This document shows positions 1 to 11,111 of a stretch of DNA of 64,000 nt, one piece after another. Numbering within the stretch: position 1 is the stretch's first letter; each line of letters starts with the position of its first letter. The stretch spans positions 542,526 through 606,525 of the forward strand of contig JBFLYH010000002.1 of assembly GCA_040756875.1 (NCBI GenBank). Direction: 5' to 3'. The notes below the pieces were generated by a model. It had not been told where the DNA came from. It did no database searches and worked only from the letters and a program-made list of their open reading frames with translations. The position numbers and the translations under genes are program-made. Source of the stretch: a candidate division FCPU426 bacterium. GTDB taxonomy: Bacteria; Oederibacteriota; JAAXVQ01; JAUVAV01.

Positions 1-925
1 AGGGTTCCTTCTGGTCCGTGGGGCCGGTGATGCGGTAGTACTTGATGCCCGTGGGAATGCGGAATCCCTGCCCGTGGATATAGGGCTTGATGTATTCGTA
101 TTCCAGGTCAAAACCGATGTCGCGGTAAAACTCGCGGTATTGGTAATCGCCCGGGTAGCCTTCCTTGGAGCTCCACACCTGCTTGGAGGATTCCACGTCA
201 CGCCCGAAAGCCGCCACGCCGCCGCGCGTATAGATCGGGGCGTAGATGCCGTACTTGGGGCGCGGGCTGCCGAAAAAGACGGCGTGGGAATCGATGTAGA
301 AAAACCGGATGCCGTTCTGCCGCAGCAGTTCGTCCACGCCCGGTTCGAACCCGCATTCAGCCAGCCAGATGCCGCGGGGTTTGACGCCTAAAAACCGCTC
401 GTGGGTCTGGACGCCGACCGCGATCTGGGCCCGCTGGGCGACGCGGTTGAGCATGAGCGGCAGGTAGCCGTGCGTGGCGCCGCAGGTGATGATTTCCAGG
501 TATCCCAGATCCTGAAACTTGCGGAACGCGGTGATGAGGTTGCGGTGGTACTTGTCCGCGAACAGCCAGCGCGCGTGCCGGAAACGGTTCAAATACATGT
601 GCGCCGTGCCGTTGAACTCAGGCTGCCAGCGGGTCCGTTCGGTCTCTTTCTCGGCCAGCTCGATCAGGCGGTGGATGTGGGAAAGGTAGCGCTCCTGCAG
701 CAGGGGATCGGCCAGCATGGAGAGCAGGGTGGGAGTGAGCGAGATGGTAAGGCGGAACGGCACGCCGTCTTCGGCCAGGCGCTCGCACATGCCGATCAGC
801 GGAATGTACGTTTCCGTAATGGCTTCGTACAGCCAGTCTTCCTCGAGGAAATCGTCGTATTCAGGATGGCGCACGAAGGGCAAATGGGCGTGCAATACCA
901 TCATCAAGTAACCGTGATCCGCCAT
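1..925 (-). CDS. GH57-family 1,4-alpha-glucan branching enzyme (DUF1957), runs off the window's left edge
   Basis: Manual translation from ATG at 925: MADHGYLMMVLHAHLPFVRHPEYDDFLEEDWLYEAITETYIPL, the GH57 HxHLP N-terminal motif. GGGAG RBS upstream. Absent from the ORF track because the stop lies outside the window. Confidence 0.9.
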   Translation of the reverse strand, partial: MADHGYLMMVLHAHLPFVRHPEYDDFLEEDWLYEAITETYIPLIGMCERLAEDGVPFRLTISLTPTLLSMLADPLLQERYLSHIHRLIELAEKETERTRWQPEFNGTAHMYLNRFRHARWLFADKYHRNLITAFRKFQDLGYLEIITCGATHGYLPLMLNRVAQRAQIAVGVQTHERFLGVKPRGIWLAECGFEPGVDELLRQNGIRFFYIDSHAVFFGSPRPKYGIYAPIYTRGGVAAFGRDVESSKQVWSSKEGYPGDYQYREFYRDIGFDLEYEYIKPYIHGQGFRIPTGIKYYRITGPTDQKEP

Positions 926-939
926 GCCGACTCCCTAAT

Positions 940-1998
940 TTATTCGGTGCGTTTTTCGACGACGGGCGTTATTTGTCGTTCCTGCGAACCGGCGGCGTTC
1001 ACGGCCTTGACGGGTATGGTTTGCTTGCCATCAGGCAGGGCGTAACGGACCGAGAAGGTTCCATCAGGATTCAGACGAATGGGCTGGCCTTGAATGGTCA
1101 CCGCGGCGTCCGGCTCAGTGGCGCCGTAGACGATGAGTTCCGTGTTGACCACCAGCCAGAAGTCCTCGGGACGCCGCTGGCGCGGCCGCCCGCCTTCGGA
1201 ACCCATGCTGGCCAGGCCGCCGGAACTGACGTCGGCCCGCACCCGCTTGAGCATGAATTTGGTTATGGCTTCGGAGGCGCGCCCCAGTTCGGAAGCGCCG
1301 GCCGCCTGGTACAAACGGTCGAAGGTCTCGTCCACCACCATCCATTCCTCGTCGATCACACCGGAAACCGAGTCCCGCGGCGTAGTGACCACGTTGGAGC
1401 GCGCCAGGGTGACGAAGCGGCCGTCCGGATAGAGCAGGCCCAGGTCCACGCAATACGCGCGGTCCGCGGCCCAGACGTTGATGTACCAATTGGTGGCTTC
1501 CTCCGTCACCTCGATATCCATGGTGCGGTGCGCGTTGGACCCGTCGAATTCAAGGTCCGTCACATCATACACCCGCAGCATCAGCCTGGCCCCGGCCTGT
1601 TGCAACTCCCGGATGGCTTCGGTTTGCTTCTCAGCCGACAAATCCCAGTAAACAAAGCACCAATACGGGTCGCGGATCATCAGTACGATGCGATTGTCGC
1701 CGTAACGGTCCTGCCAATAGGAAGGCTGCGCTTCCGGCGCAGGCGAGGGATACTGGGGCTGGGGCTGGGAATACGAGACAGACGGCGTCGAGGGAGCTTC
1801 GGGAACAGGTGACAAGGGCTTGCTATCCTCGGCTTTTTTTCTGGAAACGGATTTAGCTGCAGGTGCTTTTTTCACCGAAGCGGAAGCGGTTGTGACCGTT
1901 TTTTTTCGGACCGCACTTTTTTCCTCCGCACCCGATGCGGCAATTTTAGGCGCCGCTGGTTTGCGAACGCTTTTAGGTGCCGGTTTTTTCTTTTCCAT
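940..1998 (-). CDS. DUF4912 domain protein
   Basis: RIVLMIRDPYWCFVYWDLS...LRVYDVTD...LARSNVVTTP and C-terminal FWLVVNTELIVYGATEPDA. Lys/Ala/Pro-rich N-terminus. Start set at MEKKK after GGAGGAGG. Commonly paired with GH57. Confidence 0.85.
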   Translation of the reverse strand: MEKKKPAPKSVRKPAAPKIAASGAEEKSAVRKKTVTTASASVKKAPAAKSVSRKKAEDSKPLSPVPEAPSTPSVSYSQPQPQYPSPAPEAQPSYWQDRYGDNRIVLMIRDPYWCFVYWDLSAEKQTEAIRELQQAGARLMLRVYDVTDLEFDGSNAHRTMDIEVTEEATNWYINVWAADRAYCVDLGLLYPDGRFVTLARSNVVTTPRDSVSGVIDEEWMVVDETFDRLYQAAGASELGRASEAITKFMLKRVRADVSSGGLASMGSEGGRPRQRRPEDFWLVVNTELIVYGATEPDAAVTIQGQPIRLNPDGTFSVRYALPDGKQTIPVKAVNAAGSQERQITPVVEKRTE

Positions 1999-2117
1999 TA
2001 TGCAGCCTCCTCCGCCTACTCCCGGGTTGCCACAACCATAGGGCAACTGGCCTAAAGAGGGCGTAAAAACCTTATTATTATTAAACGGCTGCAGAACCGT
2101 TTTTATTTAATTAAAAA

Positions 2118-2390
2118 TTACTGAATAATCTCTTTCAATTCCTTGCCCGGACGAAATTTCGGAGCGCGCTTCGCAGGAACTTGCACGGATTCCCCGGTTT
2201 TCGGATTGCGTGCCAGGCGGGCCTTCTTTTCTTTGACCACAAAAGTCCCGAGACCGGCGACTGAAACTTTCTGGCCTGCTTTCAAAGCGTTCTGGATGGT
2301 AGAGATCAGCTTTTCAAGCATTTTCTCGATTTCGCGTTTCGGCAGCCCCAATCCCTCGGCAACTTTGTCAATCAATTCGACTTTAGTCAT
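2118..2390 (-). CDS. hup: HU family DNA-binding protein
   Basis: MTKVELI...GLGTF...ARNPKTGE...PKFRPGKELK. Confidence 0.95.
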   Translation of the reverse strand: MTKVELIDKVAEGLGLPKREIEKMLEKLISTIQNALKAGQKVSVAGLGTFVVKEKKARLARNPKTGESVQVPAKRAPKFRPGKELKEIIQ

Positions 2391-2601
2391 CCACGGCCTC
2401 CTATCGGGTTTGATGGATTTTAGTGTAGGCTACCACAGCCCTCAAGTCACGTCAAGCTTAAATCGGAATATTCCCCTGAAATTTAAAGGCTAAATCCAAA
2501 TATCCGGAATAATAAAAACACGTCTCTGACCGGCTGGAATGGGATCACAAAGATTTTTGCAGTTTAAAATCCCGTTTTTCATACGCAGAAAACGCTTGAA
2601 A

Positions 2602-3726
2602 TCAAATCATTTCACGGAAAACCACGTTGGATAGGAGCATCCCCCTGGGTGTAAGACGAATATCATCCTTATTCATGGATATTAATCCTTGTCGGGAAAC
2701 TGCTTCAAACTTCCCGCGTAATTCCAAATCCCAGTCAGTTCCGAATCGCGCGCGCATGTCTTCGGGCTGCAAACCCGCAGTCAAACGCAACCCCAGCATG
2801 GCGGCTTCTGCCACGCGGCGGCTGCCGGTTAGTTTTTCCTGCCCGGCCAGGGCGCAACCTTCCCGATTGACTTCCGTTTGGTACGCCTCTGGATCCGCGA
2901 TATTCCAGCTGCGAACGCCTTCCAGAAATGAATGCGCCGCCGCCCCGAATCCAAAATAATCACGGCCGGTCCAATAACCGAGATTGTGCCGGCATTCGCG
3001 GCCCGGCCGGCTGAAATTGGAGAGCTCATACTGTGCAAAGCCCCTGCCAGCCAGGAACTCCCTCGCCCACAGGTACATGTCCGCCGCCAGATCCTCGTCC
3101 GGAGCCGGCATGCGGCCTTCACGGACAGCGGTTTCCAGCAGCGTTCCCGGCTCCACGCTCAGCGCATAGAGGGAAATATGTTCCGGTTCCCACGCGGTCA
3201 GCGTCCGTAAATCCGTCTGGAATTCGGCGAACGTCTGCCCGGGCAATCCATAAATAAGGTCAACGCTCAGGTTGGCAAATCCGGCTCCGCGGGCGCCGCG
3301 CAGAGTGGTTTGCGCGTCGGCGGCTGTGTGCCGCCTTCCCAGTAATTGCAAATAGCGGTCCGAGGTGCTTTGGACTCCCAGAGAGAGGCGGTTGAATCCC
3401 ACCGCCCGCAGATCAGCCAGAGCGTCCGGACTCACCGTAGCGGGGTTGGCCTCCAGCGTGGCTTCCAGGCTGGGAAGCAGTTCGACTTTGGCTGACAAAG
3501 CCGCGAAGAGGCGGGCCAGCTCCGAGGGCGGGCACATGGAAGGCGTGCCGCCGCCCAGATAAAGGGTCTCCACGGCGCCCTGGGCGCGCGCTTCAATCTC
3601 CCGGATCAGCGCGTCCAGGTAAGCGGGCCAGGAGGCGGAAGACGGAAACGGCCGGGAGGGAAAATCACAATAGGCGCATTTGCTCAGGCACCAGGGAAAA
3701 TGCACATAAACGCCGCGGGCGTTCAC
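2602..3726 (-). CDS. hemW: radical SAM heme chaperone HemW (HemN-like)
   Basis: YVHFPWCLSKCAYCDF, GGGTPS, YELSNF...HNLGYW. Confidence 0.9.
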   Translation of the reverse strand: MNARGVYVHFPWCLSKCAYCDFPSRPFPSSASWPAYLDALIREIEARAQGAVETLYLGGGTPSMCPPSELARLFAALSAKVELLPSLEATLEANPATVSPDALADLRAVGFNRLSLGVQSTSDRYLQLLGRRHTAADAQTTLRGARGAGFANLSVDLIYGLPGQTFAEFQTDLRTLTAWEPEHISLYALSVEPGTLLETAVREGRMPAPDEDLAADMYLWAREFLAGRGFAQYELSNFSRPGRECRHNLGYWTGRDYFGFGAAAHSFLEGVRSWNIADPEAYQTEVNREGCALAGQEKLTGSRRVAEAAMLGLRLTAGLQPEDMRARFGTDWDLELRGKFEAVSRQGLISMNKDDIRLTPRGMLLSNVVFREMI

Positions 3727-3751
3727 GGTTAGGAGGGACGGCGCGGCAGCT

Positions 3752-4432
3752 TCACTTGATGACGCGCCAGCGGGAGATGGGCCAGTAAATCACCCAGGCT
3801 TTGCCTTTGATCAGCTTGCGCGGCAAAAACCCCCAGAAGCGCGAATCCGCCGAATAATCGCGGTTGTCCCCCATCATGAAGAAGCTGTCGGCCGGCACGG
3901 TCACCGGGCCGTAATTGTCGCGGGGACTGATCTCCGGCGGCAGAATCCTCAGGTCGCGGAACGTTGTATAGGATTCCTGCTTGGGCTGGCCGTTGACGTA
4001 CAGTACCTTGTCCCGGATTTCGATGAGGTCTCCGGGCAGCCCCTGGCAGCGCTTGATGAAATCCTTGCGCGGATTTTCCGGGTAGCGGAAGACGATGATT
4101 TCCCCCCGGCGGGGGTCGTGGATCTTGAGGACGCGGCGGTCGGAAAACGGCAGGGGCGTGCCGTACACGAACTTGTTCACCAGCAGGTGGTCGCCGATCA
4201 GGAGCGTGCTTTCCATGGAGCCGGAGGGGATTTTAAAAGCCTGTAGAAAGAACGTGCGGATGACCAGGGCCAGCAGGATGGCGATGAAGCCCGAATCCAC
4301 GTACTCCATCACCACGTTTTCCTTGGGCACTTTGAGCAGGAAGCGCATGACGACTTCTGCCAGCACCAACCCTACCAGCAGTCCGTAAAAGATCAATTCG
4401 GCCGCTTCCGCGGTTTTAATCCACTCCCACAT
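3752..4432 (-). CDS. lepB: signal peptidase I
   Basis: IPSGSM (catalytic Ser), DFIKR (Lys), GDNRDYSADSRFWG. Directly follows lepA. Start set at MWEWIK. Confidence 0.95.
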   Translation of the reverse strand: MWEWIKTAEAAELIFYGLLVGLVLAEVVMRFLLKVPKENVVMEYVDSGFIAILLALVIRTFFLQAFKIPSGSMESTLLIGDHLLVNKFVYGTPLPFSDRRVLKIHDPRRGEIIVFRYPENPRKDFIKRCQGLPGDLIEIRDKVLYVNGQPKQESYTTFRDLRILPPEISPRDNYGPVTVPADSFFMMGDNRDYSADSRFWGFLPRKLIKGKAWVIYWPISRWRVIK

Positions 4433-4507
4433 GGAAAAGCCTCCTGAGGGATCGCGATCCGCCCCGCATTTCCAGGGCTTTTGCCGAACCAGCCGGCCCA
4501 ACGGATT

Positions 4508-6307
<1,800 letters not shown>

Positions 6308-6313
6308 GGAGAT

Positions 6314-8299
6314 TTATTTCTTCCTGGGCCGCGGGCCCGGTTTCGCCTTCGGCTTGCCGTTCGGCTTGCCATTCGGCTTCACGCTTACGGGCGTGGAAGC
6401 GGCCGTGGCCGTGGTGCTTCCGGGGAGCGGCGGCCCCAGTTCGTTGGTGACCGGGAGATAGACAAAATCAAACCATTCATCGCGCGGGGCGTCCTGGCTG
6501 CTCTTGGCTTTGACGGCCACCATCTGCCAGTTGCCGTTGGCCGCGTAGGCCTGGTCCGTGCGGAACCGCAGGCGCGCGGTCTGCCGCTGGTCCTCGGGCC
6601 ACGGTGACGTGAGCATTCTAGGCTTGGTTTCCGAAATGGTCAAGCGCGGCAAGGGCACCAGCTCCAGGGACACGGCATTGAGCGAGGTCCCGGTATTGGT
6701 CACTTCCACGCGCAGTTCGGTTTCCCGCCCCTTGATGATTTCCACGGGCGGCAGGAGCTTGAGCCGGTACGACAGCCGCCCGCCGTCCGCCTTCAGGCGG
6801 CTGAACGAAGCCGCGCCGGCCATGACCCATTCCCAGGTGCCGTACGGCCCGCGGGCGCCCCAGAACGCGCGCGCCAAATCATGCCAAAAAAGGCCGAAAT
6901 GGGCGGCGTGCGGTTTGAGCTGCTCCAAAGCCAGGACCTGCCGCTCCAGATGCTCCGCCGGGCTGGCGGGATTGGTGGTGCGCCCCAGCAAGTTCCAATC
7001 CACGCATTCCCCGACCACCACGCTGGCCGGGGCATTGCTCAAATAGTCGGCCCAGGACTTCAGCATAAACGGGTAATCCGGCTTGTCGATGGAATAAAAC
7101 ATGGGCGCGTTGAACCCGATTCCCGCGTCCAGCATCATGAAAAGGTCCTGGCCGTGCTGGTGCCCGGTTTTCCACCCCAGCGAAAAGACCCACATCGGCT
7201 TGGTCGGTTTGACTTCCTCCCGGATGTGCGTGATGATCAGGCCCACTTTGTGCGCCCGCCACCACTGCCACTGGTCCCGGGCCGATGGATTGCGTTCCAC
7301 CTCGATGAGCCGGGCCATCCACAGGCTGCGCTCGGCGTCCGACCAGCGCTCCCACTCCGGCGGCGCGGCAATCGACATGTCGCGCACGAACTCGGTCGCG
7401 AATTCATAGCCGCCGAAATCCGTGCGCATGTAATCCAGGCCAAGGTAATCGACGTTGGGGTCGGCCTCGAATTTTTTCAACAGTTCGATCATGTGCTGGA
7501 TGCGCAGGTCGCAGCCGAGCGACACGTAGCGCAGCTGGCGCAAAGCGTTTTGTTCGCGGTTGTAACCCAGCGTGAACGTGTATCCGCTGTCCTCGATCTT
7601 GTCGCCGATGACCACGAACGAGGTGATCCAGGCGCCGTACTTCAGGCCGGCCGCGTGTGCCGCTTCGCCGACCCGGCTCATCAGGCGGACACTGTACTCG
7701 GACCAGGGAAATTGCTCGGGCTTGACCTGGGCCCAGACCTGCGTCTGGCCGATGCAGTGCCAGAAGGCGTCCGCGCCCATGAGTTCAGCCCATTTGATCA
7801 GGTTGCGCCAGCTGTCCGGCTCCGCCGGATCGGGGCTGGGCGTGTCATTGGGGCCTTTCTTTCCGCCTTCATAGGTGACCACGGAAAAACCCTTGGGAAG
7901 TTCCTGGGGTTGGCGGCCCTGGATCTTGAACCCCGCGGAGGCGCTCACGGTCATGCCTTCGGCGTCCACTACCCGCACTTTGGCCGTATAACCGCCCAAG
8001 CGGGGATTGAACGGGATGGGCCAATACCCCCGCCATTGATCAGCCCCGACGGAAACCAGCGGCACTTCCTCCACGTTGCCGACCGTGGCGATTTTCTGGT
8101 TGCCGTTCCAGAAAGTGGCCGAGAGTTTCTTGGGCAAAACCACGGCCTGGGCCGACTCAGTCTGTCCCAGGCTGGCGGTCAGCGTGACCAACTCGTAGCG
8201 CCAGTAGGCTGCCTTGTCCGTCTCCAAACGCAAATCAGCCGCAGCGGCCGTCTGGGTGAACGCCAGTATCAGCATTGAAAGGCGAAGAAACTGTCGCAA
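6314..8299 (-). CDS. secreted protein with putative glycoside-hydrolase-like TIM barrel
   Basis: Signal peptide (AAAA-D). Ig-like N-terminus. LGLDYMR and APMFY motifs resemble GHL10/DUF4015-type barrels. Basic KPNG tail. Confidence 0.55.
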   Translation of the reverse strand: MRQFLRLSMLILAFTQTAAAADLRLETDKAAYWRYELVTLTASLGQTESAQAVVLPKKLSATFWNGNQKIATVGNVEEVPLVSVGADQWRGYWPIPFNPRLGGYTAKVRVVDAEGMTVSASAGFKIQGRQPQELPKGFSVVTYEGGKKGPNDTPSPDPAEPDSWRNLIKWAELMGADAFWHCIGQTQVWAQVKPEQFPWSEYSVRLMSRVGEAAHAAGLKYGAWITSFVVIGDKIEDSGYTFTLGYNREQNALRQLRYVSLGCDLRIQHMIELLKKFEADPNVDYLGLDYMRTDFGGYEFATEFVRDMSIAAPPEWERWSDAERSLWMARLIEVERNPSARDQWQWWRAHKVGLIITHIREEVKPTKPMWVFSLGWKTGHQHGQDLFMMLDAGIGFNAPMFYSIDKPDYPFMLKSWADYLSNAPASVVVGECVDWNLLGRTTNPASPAEHLERQVLALEQLKPHAAHFGLFWHDLARAFWGARGPYGTWEWVMAGAASFSRLKADGGRLSYRLKLLPPVEIIKGRETELRVEVTNTGTSLNAVSLELVPLPRLTISETKPRMLTSPWPEDQRQTARLRFRTDQAYAANGNWQMVAVKAKSSQDAPRDEWFDFVYLPVTNELGPPLPGSTTATAASTPVSVKPNGKPNGKPKAKPGPRPRKK

Positions 8300-8507
8300 G
8301 GTTCTTTCTCCGAAAAATGAAATAATCCCAAATACTTAACCGGGAACAATACCATTAAATCCCGCTTGGATTCAAATGTTTTATGAAGCTCGGGGTCCTG
8401 CCAAGCAACTTCGCTTCGCTTTCCGGGGTTGTCCTCCGTAGATTGCCTGGTTTTCTTCAGTTATTGGGATCTGGCTGCCATGGATGGCAAAGGAAAGAGG
8501 ACGCCTG

Positions 8508-8966
8508 CTATTTCGGAGCGGCGGCGGCCTTTTCAAAAAGGGCTTCCAGCCGTGGTTCGTAGGGAAAGACATAGCCGTTGTCAGGTACGAAGTACCTGCC
8601 GGACTCATGGCGCCTGAAGCTGCCCAGGTAACGGCCCGGGGTGGCGGGCATGGGGATACCGCGTTCAAATCCCCAATAAAACGCGAAGGCCTCCCCAGGC
8701 TGCAGTTGTTCCCCCGCAAAAACCTGCAGCACGTTGGCCGTGACCAGCCATTCGCCGTAGATATCCTTGTCTGTCGGCGCTTTGGCCACTTCGACCCGGG
8801 TGAATTGCAGGTCCAGGGAAACGTCGGTTTCCGCGAAATTGCCGGCGATTAAATCATACGGCGGGAAGCTGTCGTCGGTTTGGGCCTGAGGGGCCGGATG
8901 GGGCGCGCAGGCTGACCACGCCAGGCAGCCGGCCAGCAGCAGACAGAGCGGAAAGCGGTTCGGCAT
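8508..8966 (-). CDS. hypothetical lipoprotein
   Basis: MPNRFPLCLLLAGCLAWSAC lipobox-like signal; start overlaps the upstream stop. Confidence 0.65.
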   Translation of the reverse strand: MPNRFPLCLLLAGCLAWSACAPHPAPQAQTDDSFPPYDLIAGNFAETDVSLDLQFTRVEVAKAPTDKDIYGEWLVTANVLQVFAGEQLQPGEAFAFYWGFERGIPMPATPGRYLGSFRRHESGRYFVPDNGYVFPYEPRLEALFEKAAAAPK

Positions 8967-9178
8967 TATGCGGCGGGTTTGCTCAATCTGATGATCAACA
9001 ATTGCACCAACCCGATGCAAATGATCACGAACCCGGCAATGACCGCCAACTGCGAAATAAAACGCAAGACCACGGCAAGATGGGCCAATGCGAATAGAAT
9101 ATCCAGGGTCAAAGCCGTGAAAAATATCGCCGCGCCCAGCGGCAATAAGGTTTTTCGTTTGGCGGCCATTTTATCCAC
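8966..9178 (-). CDS. small two-TM membrane protein
   Basis: 70 aa with two hydrophobic stretches; stop abuts the next start. Confidence 0.55.
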   Translation of the reverse strand: MDKMAAKRKTLLPLGAAIFFTALTLDILFALAHLAVVLRFISQLAVIAGFVIICIGLVQLLIIRLSKPAA

Positions 9179-9262
9179 CCCTTTGGCTGTCAGGTTTGAT
9201 TTGGCAGTTATTGTAACATTGACAAGCGGTTCAAGGTGGTTTTTTCTCAGGCCATTATCCCC

Positions 9263-9293
9263 GCAGGGGCGGCTTGCGCGCTGCCGCCCCTGC
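9263..9293. repeat. GC-rich palindrome (REP-like hairpin)
   Basis: GCAGGGGCGGC-N9-GCCGCCCCTGC, perfect 11-bp stem with no adjacent U-tract. Confidence 0.5.
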
Positions 9294-9309
9294 CCCCCCC
9301 GCTTTCCGC

Positions 9310-10161
9310 CTATAAAGTGAACTGCAGGCCTCCTCCGAAAAACATGCCGCTGAAATCGAAGTTGTAGGCTTTCCGGGTGTCAGGATCTCCGTAGATGGTG
9401 TCCTTGTCAACATCAGCCAGGCCATCGCCGTCCAAATCCAGGGTTTCGGTGTATTTCATTTCTCCGATGTTGCAGTAGTTATATCCGGCATTGGCAAACA
9501 GGCTTATGTGTTCGGACAACCGCACGCCCAGGTTAGCCCCTGCCAGCAGGTGGAAACCTGTCCCGCTGATAGTGGCGGTCATGTTGGTTTGCTCATCCAG
9601 GCCGTAAAAAGGATCGGTGAGGTGGCTGGAATAATCCAAAGTGGCGCTGCTCCACCCCAGGCCCCCGGCCACCACCAGGTTCAGTTCCACCGTGCTGCCG
9701 ATCCGGTTGCGCAGGCAGATTTCCAGCATGGGGCTTAACAGGAACGAGGATATTTTTTGCTGGTATTCATAGGTTTCCTGGTAAGCGCCTTCGCCCTGCA
9801 CGGACAGTTCCAGGGTGCTGGGCATGAGCAGATTCAACCGGCCGCCCACGCCGATGGTGCCGTTGAGCCAGTAGAGCATGTCCGCGCCAGCCTGGATGCT
9901 GCCCGTGACTTCCTTGACCGTGTAACTGGCCGTGCCGTTGGAACCGGTATAAACCAGGTAATCAATGAAATTCTGCCGGTAATCCGCGCCGCGTTCGCGA
10001 AAATGCTTTTCCAGCGTGGAAAAATCCGTTCCCGCATACCCGCCGTACACCCCGATGCTCACGTTTTCATAATTCCAGCCCCCGCCTTCGGCCCTGGCTG
10101 CCATGGGGCCCAACACCAGTCCGACTAACAAACCCACTGCCATTCGTCTGCTTAAACTCAT
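9310..10161 (-). CDS. outer-membrane beta-barrel protein
   Basis: Signal peptide (ARA-E), amphipathic Gly/aromatic strands, C-terminal FFGGGLQFTL, DLDGDG loop motif, GGAG RBS. Confidence 0.7.
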   Translation of the reverse strand: MSLSRRMAVGLLVGLVLGPMAARAEGGGWNYENVSIGVYGGYAGTDFSTLEKHFRERGADYRQNFIDYLVYTGSNGTASYTVKEVTGSIQAGADMLYWLNGTIGVGGRLNLLMPSTLELSVQGEGAYQETYEYQQKISSFLLSPMLEICLRNRIGSTVELNLVVAGGLGWSSATLDYSSHLTDPFYGLDEQTNMTATISGTGFHLLAGANLGVRLSEHISLFANAGYNYCNIGEMKYTETLDLDGDGLADVDKDTIYGDPDTRKAYNFDFSGMFFGGGLQFTL

Positions 10162-10330
10162 CTCCTCACTCCCTTTCGAGAAAATTATTGACCTTCTGGG
10201 AGTTTGGACCGGCGGAGGGAAAATTCCATGCGATATTTTATTATTATTTAGGTTTAAATATCAGTCAGGCTTGCTCGTTTGGCCAGGCAAGGTATCCATC
10301 GGGAAAACAGACATCGTCTCGGCGATATTT

Positions 10331-11107
10331 CTATCTGATATTTTCATTCTTTTTTCTCGTTTTTATTTTTTTTCGTCCAACCCATTTCAATTGAGAGGGC
10401 TCTGCCTTCCAACCTTTTTCTCTTGTAACCTCCACTCCCATTTTATTATATGGCCATGGAATGTATGATTTATTGAAATATACATTGAATCTTTTGTTTT
10501 TTCTTCCCACTAAATGCCCATAGAATCCCGTTTCATGCAAAACAGTGATCTTTCTCAAGTCTGCAAGCGACAACCAAGGCAATTGATTCAAGGTAAAAAA
10601 CTCGGTATTCATGATCAAGTAATCGTTATATCCATACCCACCATCACTTGAATGCTTTATTGCCGCCATTTCTCGTGAATTAAATTCCACTTCATGAGCA
10701 TATGCACCTGCAAGCGAAAGATAGGTAAATCTGTTTTTTTGCAGATCAACAATCAATTTGCCCTCATGGCCATAGTACTTCCGCATGTGAGGGACCACGG
10801 TTATTGCTACAAAATGTTCATCCTCGGACCAATTTACCGAGGCATTCTCATTAGTATCTCTAAATGCGTGAAATTCACTGCCAGCGGATTTAAGAATATC
10901 AGAAGGTGAATATGCGTTTTTTAAAATCATAAAGTTTGCTAAATATGGCCCGTCTCTTCCGGCATCAAAGCTTCCATACAAATATACTGCATATTTACCA
11001 GCCGGAGATTCGAATATTTTATCTGGTATTTTTATCCAATTTTTTTCCTTAATTATTTCTCCGGTTCCATAAGTCAAACCCTGTTTATCAATATCCCACC
11101 TTTCCAC
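10331..11107 (-). CDS. hypothetical protein, candidate immunity protein
   Basis: AT-rich 258-aa ORF with no signal peptide; GTG start 4 bp after the toxin stop. Confidence 0.6.
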   Translation of the reverse strand: MERWDIDKQGLTYGTGEIIKEKNWIKIPDKIFESPAGKYAVYLYGSFDAGRDGPYLANFMILKNAYSPSDILKSAGSEFHAFRDTNENASVNWSEDEHFVAITVVPHMRKYYGHEGKLIVDLQKNRFTYLSLAGAYAHEVEFNSREMAAIKHSSDGGYGYNDYLIMNTEFFTLNQLPWLSLADLRKITVLHETGFYGHLVGRKNKRFNVYFNKSYIPWPYNKMGVEVTREKGWKAEPSQLKWVGRKKIKTRKKNENIR

Positions 11108-11111
11108 TATC

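Noticed and set aside
2391-2601. AT-rich spacer as a replication origin
   Set aside because: No DnaA-box cluster; consistent with the HU promoter region.
8655-8680. GTTCAAATCC resembling a tRNA T-loop
   Set aside because: Lies within a CDS and no cloverleaf can be built around it.
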